From positions 52,357-116,356 of the forward strand of contig JACPRZ010000064.1 in assembly GCA_016193485.1 (NCBI GenBank): a stretch of DNA of 64,000 bases. Reading direction: 5' to 3'. The notes beneath the pieces were generated by a model. It ran no database searches and had not been told where the DNA came from. It worked only from the letters and a program-made list of their open reading frames with translations. This document shows positions 35,902-46,008 of the stretch, in pieces (position 1 is the stretch's first letter; each line of letters starts with the position of its first letter). Made by a program: the position numbers and the translations under genes. The DNA is from Bacteroidota bacterium (lineage in GTDB: Bacteria > Bacteroidota > Bacteroidia > JACPRZ01).

Positions 35902-37287
35902 TTATTCCTCCTTCCTCTCCTTTCCCCACAACTTTTCCTTATCAACCTTTTCAACCGGTGAGCCGTCTTTCAGCAGTTTTGATATTGCGGAATAGGGCGC
36001 TGAAATAACTTCGGTTTTTTCTTCCAGCCCTGAAACTATTTCAATGAATTCATTATCCTGGATACCGGTTTTTACTTTCACAAGTTTTGCTTTGCCATCC
36101 ACGCAGATAAAGACACATTCTTCGGGTTTATCAATCTTCTTATCTTTTTTCTCCCGATGGCTATCGGGATCCCTTTTTCGTTTTATACCCCCGGATTCTT
36201 CTCTTTTCTCTTTCCCCGATCCGGTTGAATCAAATACCGAAGCATCCCTTGTGGTCACTGACTGGATTGGAACCGCAAGTACGTTAAGAACTTTACCGGT
36301 TCGTATATCAACGGTTGCCGACATTCCGGGACGGAAAGGCGAACTGCCGCTGTCTTTCACCAGTGTTGCGTAACTTTCTTTCAGGATGCGAATTTTAACA
36401 TCAAAATTGGTCACCTGATCGGCATCCGTGCCGGCCGTTTTAGCCGCATTGGCGACCTCAGTAACAATCCCGCGGAATTTTTTTCCCAGGTAGGCATCCA
36501 CTTCAATATCCACAGTATCGTAAAAAGAAACTTTTACAATATCATTCTCATTGACTTCTACCGATACTTCCATTTCGTTAAGATCGGCAATGCGAAGGAG
36601 TTCGGTTCCCGCCATAAGAGAAGTTCCCACCACACGGTCGCCCTTTTCAACGGCTAATTGATATACGGTTCCGTCCACAGGCGCTTTTATGGTTGTTTTA
36701 GCATAGTTTTCGGTTGCCTCACGCAGTCCCGCTTCAACGCTTTTCACGTTGAACGATGATGCCTTTACCGCCTGGCGCGCGGCATCCACTTCGGATTTGG
36801 CGACTTCAAATTGCGTTGTGGCGTTTTCGTAATCGGCATCTGAAACGGTTTTACTTTCCCATAATTTTTTACTCCTCTTCCAGGAGAGATCCGCTTCAAG
36901 GAATCTTGTTTTTGACTGCGTGAGCCGGGCGCTGTCATTGGCGAGCGCAGCGCGCGCGCTGTTCAGCGTGGCTTCCATTTTTTCCACGGCTGACAGATAA
37001 ACATCGGGTTTAATCAGCAAAAGAATATCGCCTTTTTTTACACGGCTTCCCTCACGGACATTCAGTTCAACCACTTCACCCGACACATCGGAACTTATTT
37101 TGACTTCGGTTTCCGGCTGTATCCTGCCGTTTGCCGAAACGGTTTCAATAATGGTTCTCCTTGCCACAGTATCAATGCTTACTTCAATTTCATCCTCCCC
37201 CCCTATCCAACCTGCTTTTTTAAAAATTACAAGGAGAATGACAAGAAAAACGAGAACCGCTCCGAGGATTTTCAGGTATTTGTTCAT
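35902..37287 (-). CDS. Efflux RND/MacA-type periplasmic adaptor subunit
   Basis: VSANGRIQPETEVKISSDVSGE, APVDGTV, FRPGMSATV, VKTGIQD. Confidence 0.93.
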   Translation of the reverse strand: MNKYLKILGAVLVFLVILLVIFKKAGWIGGEDEIEVSIDTVARRTIIETVSANGRIQPETEVKISSDVSGEVVELNVREGSRVKKGDILLLIKPDVYLSAVEKMEATLNSARAALANDSARLTQSKTRFLEADLSWKRSKKLWESKTVSDADYENATTQFEVAKSEVDAARQAVKASSFNVKSVEAGLREATENYAKTTIKAPVDGTVYQLAVEKGDRVVGTSLMAGTELLRIADLNEMEVSVEVNENDIVKVSFYDTVDIEVDAYLGKKFRGIVTEVANAAKTAGTDADQVTNFDVKIRILKESYATLVKDSGSSPFRPGMSATVDIRTGKVLNVLAVPIQSVTTRDASVFDSTGSGKEKREESGGIKRKRDPDSHREKKDKKIDKPEECVFICVDGKAKLVKVKTGIQDNEFIEIVSGLEEKTEVISAPYSAISKLLKDGSPVEKVDKEKLWGKERKEE

Positions 37288-37351
37288 GGAAAAATGCGAA
37301 GGTAGGAAATTATGCTGCTGTAAAATCCGTTTCATGTACGCGACAAATCCG

Positions 37352-37359
37352 TAAATTTG
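37352..37359 (+). promoter_or_regulatory. -7 promoter element for the OmpR-type two-component system
   Basis: TAAATTTG directly upstream of the ATG at 37368. Confidence 0.5.
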
Positions 37360-37367
37360 TATAAAAT

Positions 37368-38066
37368 ATGGCAGTTGCTAAAATCCTTATCATAGAGGAT
37401 GAACCCAAAGTAGCCCGTTTTATCAAAAAAGGGCTTGAGGACAATGAATTTGAAGCCGATATCGCTTTTGACGGACGCATCGGGCTTAATATGGCATCTT
37501 CCGGTTCCTACCATGCAATTATTCTCGATATTAACTTGCCGCAGGTAAACGGTTATGAAGTGTGTCGTGAGATCAGGTCGTACAACTCAAATATTCCCGT
37601 TCTCATGCTTACCGCAATGGGAACCACAAAAGATAAGTTACAGGGTTTTGATGCAGGAACAGATGATTACCTTGTAAAACCGTTTGAATTCAGGGAATTG
37701 CTTGCCCGCATCCGGGTCCTCCTGAAAAGATCACAGAGCGGATTGAATCCGGAAAATTCCGGGAATGTATTGCGCATTGCCGACCTCGTTATGGACCTAT
37801 CCGCAAAATCCGTAACAAGGGATGGGAAAAAAATTAATCTGACCGCAAAAGAATTCTCTTTGCTCGAATTTTTTCTAAAGAACAGAGGCCGGGTTCTTTC
37901 CCGCTCCGAAATTGCCGAAAATGTCTGGGACATCTCCTTTGATACCGGTACGAATATTATTGATGTTTATATTAATTTTCTCAGGAATAAAATTGATAAA
38001 AATTTTTTCCCGAAACTGATCCATACCCTGATCGGAATGAGATATGTGCTGAAGGAAGAAGATTAA
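37368..38066 (+). CDS. OmpR-family response regulator (CusR-like)
   Basis: IIEDE, LDINLP, DDYLVKPF, LTAKEF.LL, TNIIDVYI..LR.KID. Confidence 0.95.
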   Translation: MAVAKILIIEDEPKVARFIKKGLEDNEFEADIAFDGRIGLNMASSGSYHAIILDINLPQVNGYEVCREIRSYNSNIPVLMLTAMGTTKDKLQGFDAGTDDYLVKPFEFRELLARIRVLLKRSQSGLNPENSGNVLRIADLVMDLSAKSVTRDGKKINLTAKEFSLLEFFLKNRGRVLSRSEIAENVWDISFDTGTNIIDVYINFLRNKIDKNFFPKLIHTLIGMRYVLKEED

Positions 38067-38070
38067 CATC

Positions 38071-39453
38071 ATGAAAATACGCACACGGCTTTCCTTTCAG
38101 TTTACAGTGATTGTCGGCACAATACTCTGTTTATTTACGGTCGCCATTTATTATTTCTCCGCTGATTTCCGCAAAAAGGATTATTTTGAACGGCTTAAAG
38201 AACGCGCCCTGACTACGGGCCGCTTTCTTCTTAAAGTCAAGGAAATTGATTCGAAATTGCTGCGCATCATTGACCGCACTACCGCCCAGGCGCTGGTAGA
38301 AGAAAAAATTTTTGTGTTTGACCACACTAATCGCCTTATCTATTCAAATGTGGATGATTTACCGGAAAATATCAATGAGGCACTTTTGCGGACAATCAGG
38401 GATAAAAGGGAATACAGGTATTCTGATGGCGAGCGTGAGACAATCGGACTTATCTATAAATTTCACGGAAATAAATTTGTCATTATCGCATCGGCATGGG
38501 ATAAATACGGTCTCGGAAAACTCCGCAATCTTAAAATTGTTCTTACTGCCGGCCTTATACTTTGCATAGCCGCCACACTTTTTGCCGGATGGTTCTATTC
38601 AAACCAGGCGCTCAGGCCTATTTCCAATGTCATCAAAAAAGTTGACGAAATAACCGAGAATAAACTCAACCTCAGGGTTGATGAAGGCAACCGTAAAGAT
38701 GAGATAGCCCTACTGGCAATCACTTTTAACAATATGCTCGACCGCCTTGAAAATGCATTTTTTATCCAGAAAAGTTTCGTCTCCAATGCTTCGCATGAAA
38801 TGAGAACTCCCCTTACTTCAATAGCCGGACAGATTGAAGTCGCCCTTCTGAAAGAAAGGGATAAAACGGAATATGAGGAAATACTGAGATCCGCCCTTGA
38901 AGACATTCAATCGCTGAACAAACTTACCAACGGACTGCTCGATCTTACCGTGGCGAGTTCCGACATTTCGGTATTGCACCTTGATAATGTGCGTATGGAT
39001 GAAGTACTTTTCCAGGCGCGCTCCGAACTGCTGAAGAGATACAACTCTTATACAATCCATATTTCCCTTCTTGACCTGCCCGATGACGAAGAAAAAATCA
39101 CAGCGTTCGGAAATGAACGGCTACTCGGCATTGCGTTTATGAATTTAATGGATAATGCATGTAAATACTCGCAGGATTGCAGGGGGATTGTAGAATTCAG
39201 TTCTTCAGATGGCAAAATCCGGATAACTGTTTCCGACAAAGGCACCGGGATATCGCAAAATGATTTGCGGAATATTTTCCAGCCCTTTTTCCGTTCTGCA
39301 GAGGCGCGCAATAAACCTGGGCACGGACTTGGATTATCATTAGCCGAAAGGATCATTCATCTTCATAAAGGAACCATAACGGTTCAGTCGCAGATAAACT
39401 CGGGTACATCATTCACTGTCATACTACCTTCAATCTCCTCTCCTTTTAATTGA
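38071..39453 (+). CDS. HAMP-domain sensor histidine kinase (CusS-like)
   Basis: Two TM segments, HAMP, NASHEMRTPL, NLMDNACKY, D.G.GI, GHGLGL. Confidence 0.95.
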   Translation: MKIRTRLSFQFTVIVGTILCLFTVAIYYFSADFRKKDYFERLKERALTTGRFLLKVKEIDSKLLRIIDRTTAQALVEEKIFVFDHTNRLIYSNVDDLPENINEALLRTIRDKREYRYSDGERETIGLIYKFHGNKFVIIASAWDKYGLGKLRNLKIVLTAGLILCIAATLFAGWFYSNQALRPISNVIKKVDEITENKLNLRVDEGNRKDEIALLAITFNNMLDRLENAFFIQKSFVSNASHEMRTPLTSIAGQIEVALLKERDKTEYEEILRSALEDIQSLNKLTNGLLDLTVASSDISVLHLDNVRMDEVLFQARSELLKRYNSYTIHISLLDLPDDEEKITAFGNERLLGIAFMNLMDNACKYSQDCRGIVEFSSSDGKIRITVSDKGTGISQNDLRNIFQPFFRSAEARNKPGHGLGLSLAERIIHLHKGTITVQSQINSGTSFTVILPSISSPFN

Positions 39454-39483
39454 TTTTTAATTTTGTTTTAAGGCATATTTAAC
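39444..39483 (+). promoter_or_regulatory. Four (T/A)TTTAA boxes at 11-bp period; putative OmpR-type binding site
   Basis: TTTTAAT 39444, TTTTAAT 39455, TTTTAAG 39466, ATTTAAC 39477. Confidence 0.5.
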
Positions 39484-39563
39484 TTCTCCAGCCGCCATTT
39501 GCGGCATCTTGCTTTCCCCTTCTTATCGCTTAGCGGCAAGAGGTGCATATTACCCTGTTTCAC

Positions 39564-41243
39564 ATGTTTATCAGAATCGTTGTTTTTACATGCTTCGCAT
39601 TATTTTTCCTTCCCCTTATTATTCTTGGAGAAAATTCATATTTCACCGTCTGGGATGTCCTTGATTCGGATTTTATTTATCCCGTGCTTTTAAAAATGTC
39701 CGGGCAATGGCTGAATTTTTCTGCCGATGCGGTAATTCCCAACGTGTTCAACGGAATTCCGCGTTCCGCATTCAGGACCGGATTATCGCTTACGGTCACC
39801 CTTTTCCAGGTATTCCCCCCCCATGTTGCATATATTATCAATTATATTATTGTTCATTCCGTTGCATTTGCCGGAATGTACCTGCTGCTGCGCCATCACT
39901 TTCTTGCAAACACCAAGGAAATTACACTCTGTCTTTCCATAGCGCTGATCTACGCGTGTATACCTTTTTATTCAATCTACGGAATATCATTTGGAGGCCA
40001 GCCGCTTCTGCTGTTCTGCTTTCTGAATATACTCCGTAACAGGGATAAGTGGTATGACTGGCTCTGCATTTCCCTTTTCCCGTTTTATTCAAATTTTGCG
40101 TTAACCTATCCGTTTTATTTTACGGTATTGGCCGCCTTATTCGCGGCAGACGGTTTCATGAAACGCAAACTTAACCTGCGGTTTCTGATCGCAGTTGTTC
40201 TTCTCGGTGCAATTTACTGCCTGGCTGATTTCCAGATGCTGAAGGCGCTGTTTATTGATAAGCAGTTCATACCGCACCGCATTGAATTCAACAGGGAACT
40301 GGTGAAATCCATTACATTCTGGGAAAGCGTAAAAAAGTGCATTAAATTACTTTTTCATTCACATTTCCATTCAGGCGCCATGTGGACCTTCCCGGTGATT
40401 ATTGCTTCTGCATTTGTGTATTTCAGGAACCGCATCAACAAATCACTCTTTCATCTTCTACTGCCGGTGATACTCCTTATCCTGATCCTGTATGGTTTTT
40501 ACGATCAGTTAGCCGTTGCGCTTGGTCCGATGGTTCCGCTATTGACCATGTTTCAATTCGACCGGATGTATATTATCCTGCCCTGCATCTGGATGATACT
40601 CCTGGCGGTCTCATTAAAAAAGATCAAAGAAGATTTTCCCTCCAACCAGGGAATTTACCTTACAGGACTGTTGCTGGTTGTGCAGTTATCGCTGGTCCTT
40701 GCCGAAAACAGCCAGTTTATGAACAATGTAAAACTGCTTGCCGGAAAAAAGATTCAGGAACCCGCCTATAAAGAATTTTTCGCCACCGATCTTTTTGAAC
40801 AGGTTGACAGGTTTATTGACAAACCAAAGAATGACTACCGGGTGGTTTGCATCGGCATGCATTCTTCGGTAGCCCTGATGAACGGCTTTTTCACGCTGGA
40901 CGGCTACTTTGATCTCTATCCTCTGGAATACAAACATAAATTCAGGAAAATAATCTCCAAGGAACTTGATAAAAACAAATGGATAAGAAAAAACTTTGAC
41001 GGATGGGGTAACCGCGTTTATATAATGCCGGCAGAACTTGAAATGAATTTCCTGTGCGGCAAAAATGATACTCTTAAAATAAGAAATCTCGAACTGGATC
41101 TTGAAACGTTAAAACAAATGGGAGGAAAATTTATTTTTTCGGCTGTGGAAATTGATATTTCCCGGATCCCGGGCCTGCGGCTGGAAGCAATGTTCTCTCA
41201 TCCCGATGCGTACTGGGATATATATCTCTATGCAGTGATCTGA
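39564..41243 (+). CDS. DUF6044-like polytopic membrane protein (putative GT-C type)
   Basis: WDVLDS, many TM segments, FQFDR, YRVVCIG, NGFFTLDGY..YPLEYKHKFR, WGNR. Confidence 0.75.
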   Translation: MFIRIVVFTCFALFFLPLIILGENSYFTVWDVLDSDFIYPVLLKMSGQWLNFSADAVIPNVFNGIPRSAFRTGLSLTVTLFQVFPPHVAYIINYIIVHSVAFAGMYLLLRHHFLANTKEITLCLSIALIYACIPFYSIYGISFGGQPLLLFCFLNILRNRDKWYDWLCISLFPFYSNFALTYPFYFTVLAALFAADGFMKRKLNLRFLIAVVLLGAIYCLADFQMLKALFIDKQFIPHRIEFNRELVKSITFWESVKKCIKLLFHSHFHSGAMWTFPVIIASAFVYFRNRINKSLFHLLLPVILLILILYGFYDQLAVALGPMVPLLTMFQFDRMYIILPCIWMILLAVSLKKIKEDFPSNQGIYLTGLLLVVQLSLVLAENSQFMNNVKLLAGKKIQEPAYKEFFATDLFEQVDRFIDKPKNDYRVVCIGMHSSVALMNGFFTLDGYFDLYPLEYKHKFRKIISKELDKNKWIRKNFDGWGNRVYIMPAELEMNFLCGKNDTLKIRNLELDLETLKQMGGKFIFSAVEIDISRIPGLRLEAMFSHPDAYWDIYLYAVI

Positions 41244-41257
41244 TAATAACCATTTAT

Positions 41258-41938
41258 GTGAATACAGATATATCCATTATAGTACCCTGCAGGGATGAAG
41301 ATCCTTCGCTCGGAAAAAAAATAGAGCCGGTAATTGAAACGCTTTCCCGTATGAAATATACACATGAAATGATTTTGTCGTGCGATTCAACGGATAACCG
41401 CATTAAGAACGATATTATCAACATGAGAAAATCAAATCCCTGTATAAAGTATGTTTTTTATGCCCATAAAAAAAACAGGGAAGATTTATTACTTGGCGGG
41501 TTAAACATGGCATCAGGAAAATATATCGGTTTCCTTCATCATGATTTTTCTATGCCGGATATTTACATTATTGCCGCTATTCTTGATCTGGAGAAAGGTT
41601 TTGACGCAGTCATCGTCAGACGGCACCACTCGGTTACTGATACCCCCCTGGCCCTCATGCGTCATCTGGCTTCAGAAATGATCAATACGGCATATTCCGC
41701 ATGGTTCCGGTTGCCAAGGTTTGATTATTTTTCCCCATATAAATTTTTCAGAAGGGAATGTATTTTATCTCTTGCGAACGGGGCGAAAGAGATGGCTGGA
41801 CTTTCAGATGCTCACCTTGTTGCCCGGTTGTGTAAAGGACAATATAAAATGAAAGAGATAGCCGGTTTATTCCTGCCGGGTCATAAAAAGGGGTCAGGTG
41901 CCGGAAAAGCATCATCTTTATCCGACAATAACTATTAA
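41258..41938 (+). CDS. Degenerate GT2 glycosyltransferase paralog lacking DxD
   Basis: Collinear with 46009-46740 (SIIVPC, GKYIG, DAVIV.RH, KFF.R) but acidic catalytic motifs are replaced. Confidence 0.7.
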   Translation: MNTDISIIVPCRDEDPSLGKKIEPVIETLSRMKYTHEMILSCDSTDNRIKNDIINMRKSNPCIKYVFYAHKKNREDLLLGGLNMASGKYIGFLHHDFSMPDIYIIAAILDLEKGFDAVIVRRHHSVTDTPLALMRHLASEMINTAYSAWFRLPRFDYFSPYKFFRRECILSLANGAKEMAGLSDAHLVARLCKGQYKMKEIAGLFLPGHKKGSGAGKASSLSDNNY

Positions 41939-41959
41939 CCCTAATAGATTTTATATTTT

Positions 41960-44581
41960 ATGACAGTCAGAATAAAAAATATTTTTCCTCATCTGATCGC
42001 CCTCTCTGTTTTTATTATTCTTACGGCAGTTCAATATTACCCGGTTTTACAGGGAAAGGTAATCCGGCAGAACGATGTATTGAATTACCGCGGCACCGCA
42101 AAAGAATCGGAAGATTATTTCGTGAGAACCGGGAAATGGCCCCTGTGGACCAATTCCATGTTCTGCGGCATGCCGGCATACCAGGTTGCAGCACGGTACC
42201 CCTCCAACCTGCTGCAGTATATATACAGAACCCTTACCCGCGGTTTTGGCGTTGGAAACTTTACCCTGATTGCGCTGATCGGTTTTTATGTTCTGTTGCT
42301 ATCTTTTAATGTTCACTGGCTGCTGAGCATGGGGGGGGCGATTGCATACGCTTTTTCGGCATACTTTTTTATTATTATCCAGGTAGGGCATAATTCCAAA
42401 ACGATGGCACTTGCTTTGCTGCCTATGGTAGTTGCTGGCGTAATACATTTATACAACAACCGCTATCTTACAGGCGCCATCCTTACCGGAATATTCATGG
42501 GACTTCTTTTCATTGCAAACCACATACAGATGACCTATTACATGTTTATGTGCCTTGGGATATTTATTTCGATAAAATTCATTTTATCGTTGAAGGAAAA
42601 CCGTATCCTGAAATTTTTCAAATCATCTTATCTTTTTTTATTCATGATAATCCTTGCATTGTTGAGCAGTATTACGCTTTTATGGATGACCTATGAATAC
42701 GGTAAACATTCTACCCGCGGGGAATCGGAACTTACGCTCAAAAATAATGTCAAAACAACCGGCCTGGATAAGGACTACGCCTTACGGTGGAGTTACGGCA
42801 TCAGTGAAACCTTAAATCTTCTGATACCTGATTTTTCGGGAGGCAAATCGGAATATGATATCGGAACAAAAACGGGACTGTACAAATACTTTTATAATGC
42901 AAACCGCAATACGGCCAGGCAACTGGTAAAAAAAACGCCAACCTACTGGGGCACACAACCCTTTACGGATGGTCCGTTTTATCTTGGCTCCATAACCTGT
43001 TTTCTCTTTATCATGGGAATTTTCATGGTGAAAGGTCCCTTTAAATGGTGGCTGGCGGGTTCGGCTTTGCTCGCCATTCTTCTCTCATGGGGAAAAAATT
43101 TTTCATTCCTTTCCGATCTTTTTTTTGATTATGTGCCATTCTATAATAAATTCAGGGCGGTCTCTTCCATTCTTGTTATCGCCATGTTTGCGGTACCGCT
43201 GCTGGCATTTCTTTGCCTTTCGGAATTTTTCGCTGTCACCAGGAGTCCCGGTAAAGGTGCGGTAACAAACCGGAAAAAAGAAAAAGGCGATACCGGAAAA
43301 TTTGCACCGGTTAAAAAAGCATTATTATATGCCTTTCTTATCACGGGTGGTATCATACTTTTTATTCTTGTATTCGGAAAAGGGTTGTTTGATTTCACCG
43401 GTTTGCGCGATGAGGAATACAGGTCGAAGCAATGGCCGATTGATCTTATTAAAGCGGAACGTATAAGCATGATGAGATCCGACTGCGGCAGGTCGTTGCT
43501 GTTCATCGCCCTTGCCGCAGCGGCATTATATGCGTTCCTGAAAAACCGGCTTAAAAAGGAAATCGCTCTTATAGGAATCATCGGACTGGTACTTATCGAC
43601 CAGTGGTCGGCAGGAAGAAGATATCTTAATAGTGATAATTTCGTAAGGACTGGCGATAAGGAATATTCTATAAAACCTGCACATGCCGAACTGCAGATTC
43701 TGAACCAGGAAATCCTTTACAACAGCAGAATTCCTCACTTTGCGAGAACCCTTGCCCCAAACTATCTTGAGTGGAAAAAGACCGATTATCCGGGGCAGGA
43801 TGTGAAGTTAAATGAAGATGATTCCGTTATGCTCCGGTTCATGGCGATGGGAAAACTTACAGATTTCAGAGTTTTGAATGTTACAACGCAGACGTTCAGC
43901 GAGTCGCGTACATCCTACTTTTTTAAATCGCTTGGCGGATATCATGGCGCAAAACTGGAAAGATACCAGGAACTCATAGAGTACCAGATTTCAAAAAACA
44001 ATAGTGCCGTCTGGAATATGTTAAACGCGAAATATTTTATTGCGAAAGGGGCAGATAACAATCCTGTAGCCCAACTCAATCAGGGAGCGATGGGTCCCGC
44101 ATGGTTTGTGATGAATTACAGGATTGTCGCCAATGCCGATTCCGAACTTACTGCATTGAATACTTTCAACCCGGCTGTAACTGCTTTTGCCGACCAACGG
44201 TTCACCAAATACCTTGAAGAACTTTCTGTTCAATACGATCCGGAAAATACCCTTGTTCTCAATGATTATGATCTTGAACGACTACAATACACCTCACGGG
44301 CAAAAACCGAACAACTTGCCGTCTTTTCCGAAATTTACTATGATGACGGCTGGAACGCTTACCTCGATGGCAACCCTGTTCCTCACATCAGGGTAAATTA
44401 CGTACTGCGCGGGTTGCGCGTTCCTGCCGGTGAACATAAAATTGAGTTCCGTTTCGAGCCGGCAAATTATTACCGTTGCGAAAAAATTTCATTTACAAGT
44501 TCATTAACTTTGCTGGTCATATGCCTTGGCGGGATTGCCGTGCATATAAACAGAACCTATGGCCGCACGTCAAATCATTGA
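41960..44581 (+). CDS. YfhO-family membrane protein (GT-C-like)
   Basis: WTNSMFCGMPAY, GHNSK, ANHIQMTYY, YWG.QPFT.GP.Y, YNKFRA, GGYHGAKL.RY, NYVLR. Confidence 0.92.
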   Translation: MTVRIKNIFPHLIALSVFIILTAVQYYPVLQGKVIRQNDVLNYRGTAKESEDYFVRTGKWPLWTNSMFCGMPAYQVAARYPSNLLQYIYRTLTRGFGVGNFTLIALIGFYVLLLSFNVHWLLSMGGAIAYAFSAYFFIIIQVGHNSKTMALALLPMVVAGVIHLYNNRYLTGAILTGIFMGLLFIANHIQMTYYMFMCLGIFISIKFILSLKENRILKFFKSSYLFLFMIILALLSSITLLWMTYEYGKHSTRGESELTLKNNVKTTGLDKDYALRWSYGISETLNLLIPDFSGGKSEYDIGTKTGLYKYFYNANRNTARQLVKKTPTYWGTQPFTDGPFYLGSITCFLFIMGIFMVKGPFKWWLAGSALLAILLSWGKNFSFLSDLFFDYVPFYNKFRAVSSILVIAMFAVPLLAFLCLSEFFAVTRSPGKGAVTNRKKEKGDTGKFAPVKKALLYAFLITGGIILFILVFGKGLFDFTGLRDEEYRSKQWPIDLIKAERISMMRSDCGRSLLFIALAAAALYAFLKNRLKKEIALIGIIGLVLIDQWSAGRRYLNSDNFVRTGDKEYSIKPAHAELQILNQEILYNSRIPHFARTLAPNYLEWKKTDYPGQDVKLNEDDSVMLRFMAMGKLTDFRVLNVTTQTFSESRTSYFFKSLGGYHGAKLERYQELIEYQISKNNSAVWNMLNAKYFIAKGADNNPVAQLNQGAMGPAWFVMNYRIVANADSELTALNTFNPAVTAFADQRFTKYLEELSVQYDPENTLVLNDYDLERLQYTSRAKTEQLAVFSEIYYDDGWNAYLDGNPVPHIRVNYVLRGLRVPAGEHKIEFRFEPANYYRCEKISFTSSLTLLVICLGGIAVHINRTYGRTSNH

Positions 44582-45392
44582 CGGTATTCCCTGCTACGCT
44601 CCGGAACTTGCATTATCCAATTCAGGGTTTCCACCGGAAGCGCTGGATAAACTCCGCAAACTTGAAGAAAACAATTTTTGGTACCGATCGAGAAATAATG
44701 TCATTGAAACGCTGATTAAAAGGTTTGCCGCCTCTCCCGGTAAATTCCTTGAGGTGGGATGCGGTAACGGATTTGCGCTGAAAGCGCTGTCAAAATTTCC
44801 AGGTCTGTCTCTCACCGGTTGCGAAATTTATCTCAGCGGGTTATCAAATGCAAAAAAACGGCTGCCGGGTGTCGCTTTCATCCAGTTGGACGCCCGGAAT
44901 ATTCCATTCAACAATGAATTTGATTTCATCGGATGTTTTGATGTGCTTGAACATATTGAAGATGATATGACCGTACTGCAGCAGATGAATAAAGCGGTAA
45001 AACCCGGAGGCAGGATATTTATTTCGGTGCCGCAGTATACATGGCTCTGGAGCGACATTGATGTTATTGATAACCACAAAAGGAGGTATTCCCGGAATGA
45101 ACTGGTAACGAAAATCACCAATGCCGGTTTTAGGATAGATTATTTGTCGGGCTTTACAGGCGCCATTTTTCCGCTGATGATATTATCGAGAATATTCCGG
45201 AGGAAAACAAAAATTTCTCCTGGTGAAACCGCGCTGAAAAACGCTCCTGAAATCAAATACCCGGAACTCTCGGTTCACCCTGCGCTGAACGGTTTGCTAC
45301 GCGGGTTAATGCGTATTGACGAGTGGGTAATCCGTTTCGGACTGAAATTGCCGTTTGGGGGAACTCTTCTGGCAGTCGGAACAAAGAAATAA
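44559..45392 (+). CDS. Class I SAM-dependent methyltransferase
   Basis: NFWYRSR, LEVGCGNG, FDVLEHIEDD, HKRRY. Confidence 0.9.
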   Translation: MAARQIIDGIPCYAPELALSNSGFPPEALDKLRKLEENNFWYRSRNNVIETLIKRFAASPGKFLEVGCGNGFALKALSKFPGLSLTGCEIYLSGLSNAKKRLPGVAFIQLDARNIPFNNEFDFIGCFDVLEHIEDDMTVLQQMNKAVKPGGRIFISVPQYTWLWSDIDVIDNHKRRYSRNELVTKITNAGFRIDYLSGFTGAIFPLMILSRIFRRKTKISPGETALKNAPEIKYPELSVHPALNGLLRGLMRIDEWVIRFGLKLPFGGTLLAVGTKK

Positions 45393-45396
45393 CCCG

Positions 45397-45987
45397 TCAC
45401 TTTTCAAAAACCCCGATCAATTCCCTCCCCCCCCTGATTTCATGTGTCTCGCTGAATTCGCTAAATTCGTTAAAAACTCCGAGAAGCGATTCCCTTGAAA
45501 AACGTTGAGTGGGATGACCCGTTCCGGGGTTGGCCGATAAACGTGCGATCATGGCAATAAACCAGTTCCTGCTATCGGAAAGATTTACTATGGGTTCGGA
45601 TACTATTACTCTCTTTCCGGCTGAAGAAATCAATTTACCTAATATTTCTTTATGACAGGGTATAAACTGATACAACCCGGCCTGCATGATAATATAATCG
45701 GCAACCGGAACAGGATCCCTTACAAGATTATGAATATCGGCATTGACTCCTTTTTCAATGGCATGGCTTACAAATATTTCATTGATATCCAATCCGCAGT
45801 ATGTTACACTTTTTTTTGCAAGATAATTCCAGTACAGATAGGCATCGCCCATGCAAACTTCGCATACATCGGAATCCAATGGAATAAGATCTGCAATGGC
45901 AGAATATCTTTCTTCAAAAAATCTCCCGTATAGAAACCTCATGGCGAGATGGTACAGGTAAGGGTGCCAATAGACAGGACTGCGCAT
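45397..45987 (-). CDS. Putative class I SAM-dependent methyltransferase
   Basis: VCEVCMGDA, YCGLDIN, LYQF, VIVSEP. Confidence 0.7.
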   Translation of the reverse strand: MRSPVYWHPYLYHLAMRFLYGRFFEERYSAIADLIPLDSDVCEVCMGDAYLYWNYLAKKSVTYCGLDINEIFVSHAIEKGVNADIHNLVRDPVPVADYIIMQAGLYQFIPCHKEILGKLISSAGKRVIVSEPIVNLSDSRNWFIAMIARLSANPGTGHPTQRFSRESLLGVFNEFSEFSETHEIRGGRELIGVFEK

Positions 45988-46008
45988 GGATTTAAGGTGT
46001 TAAAAAGG

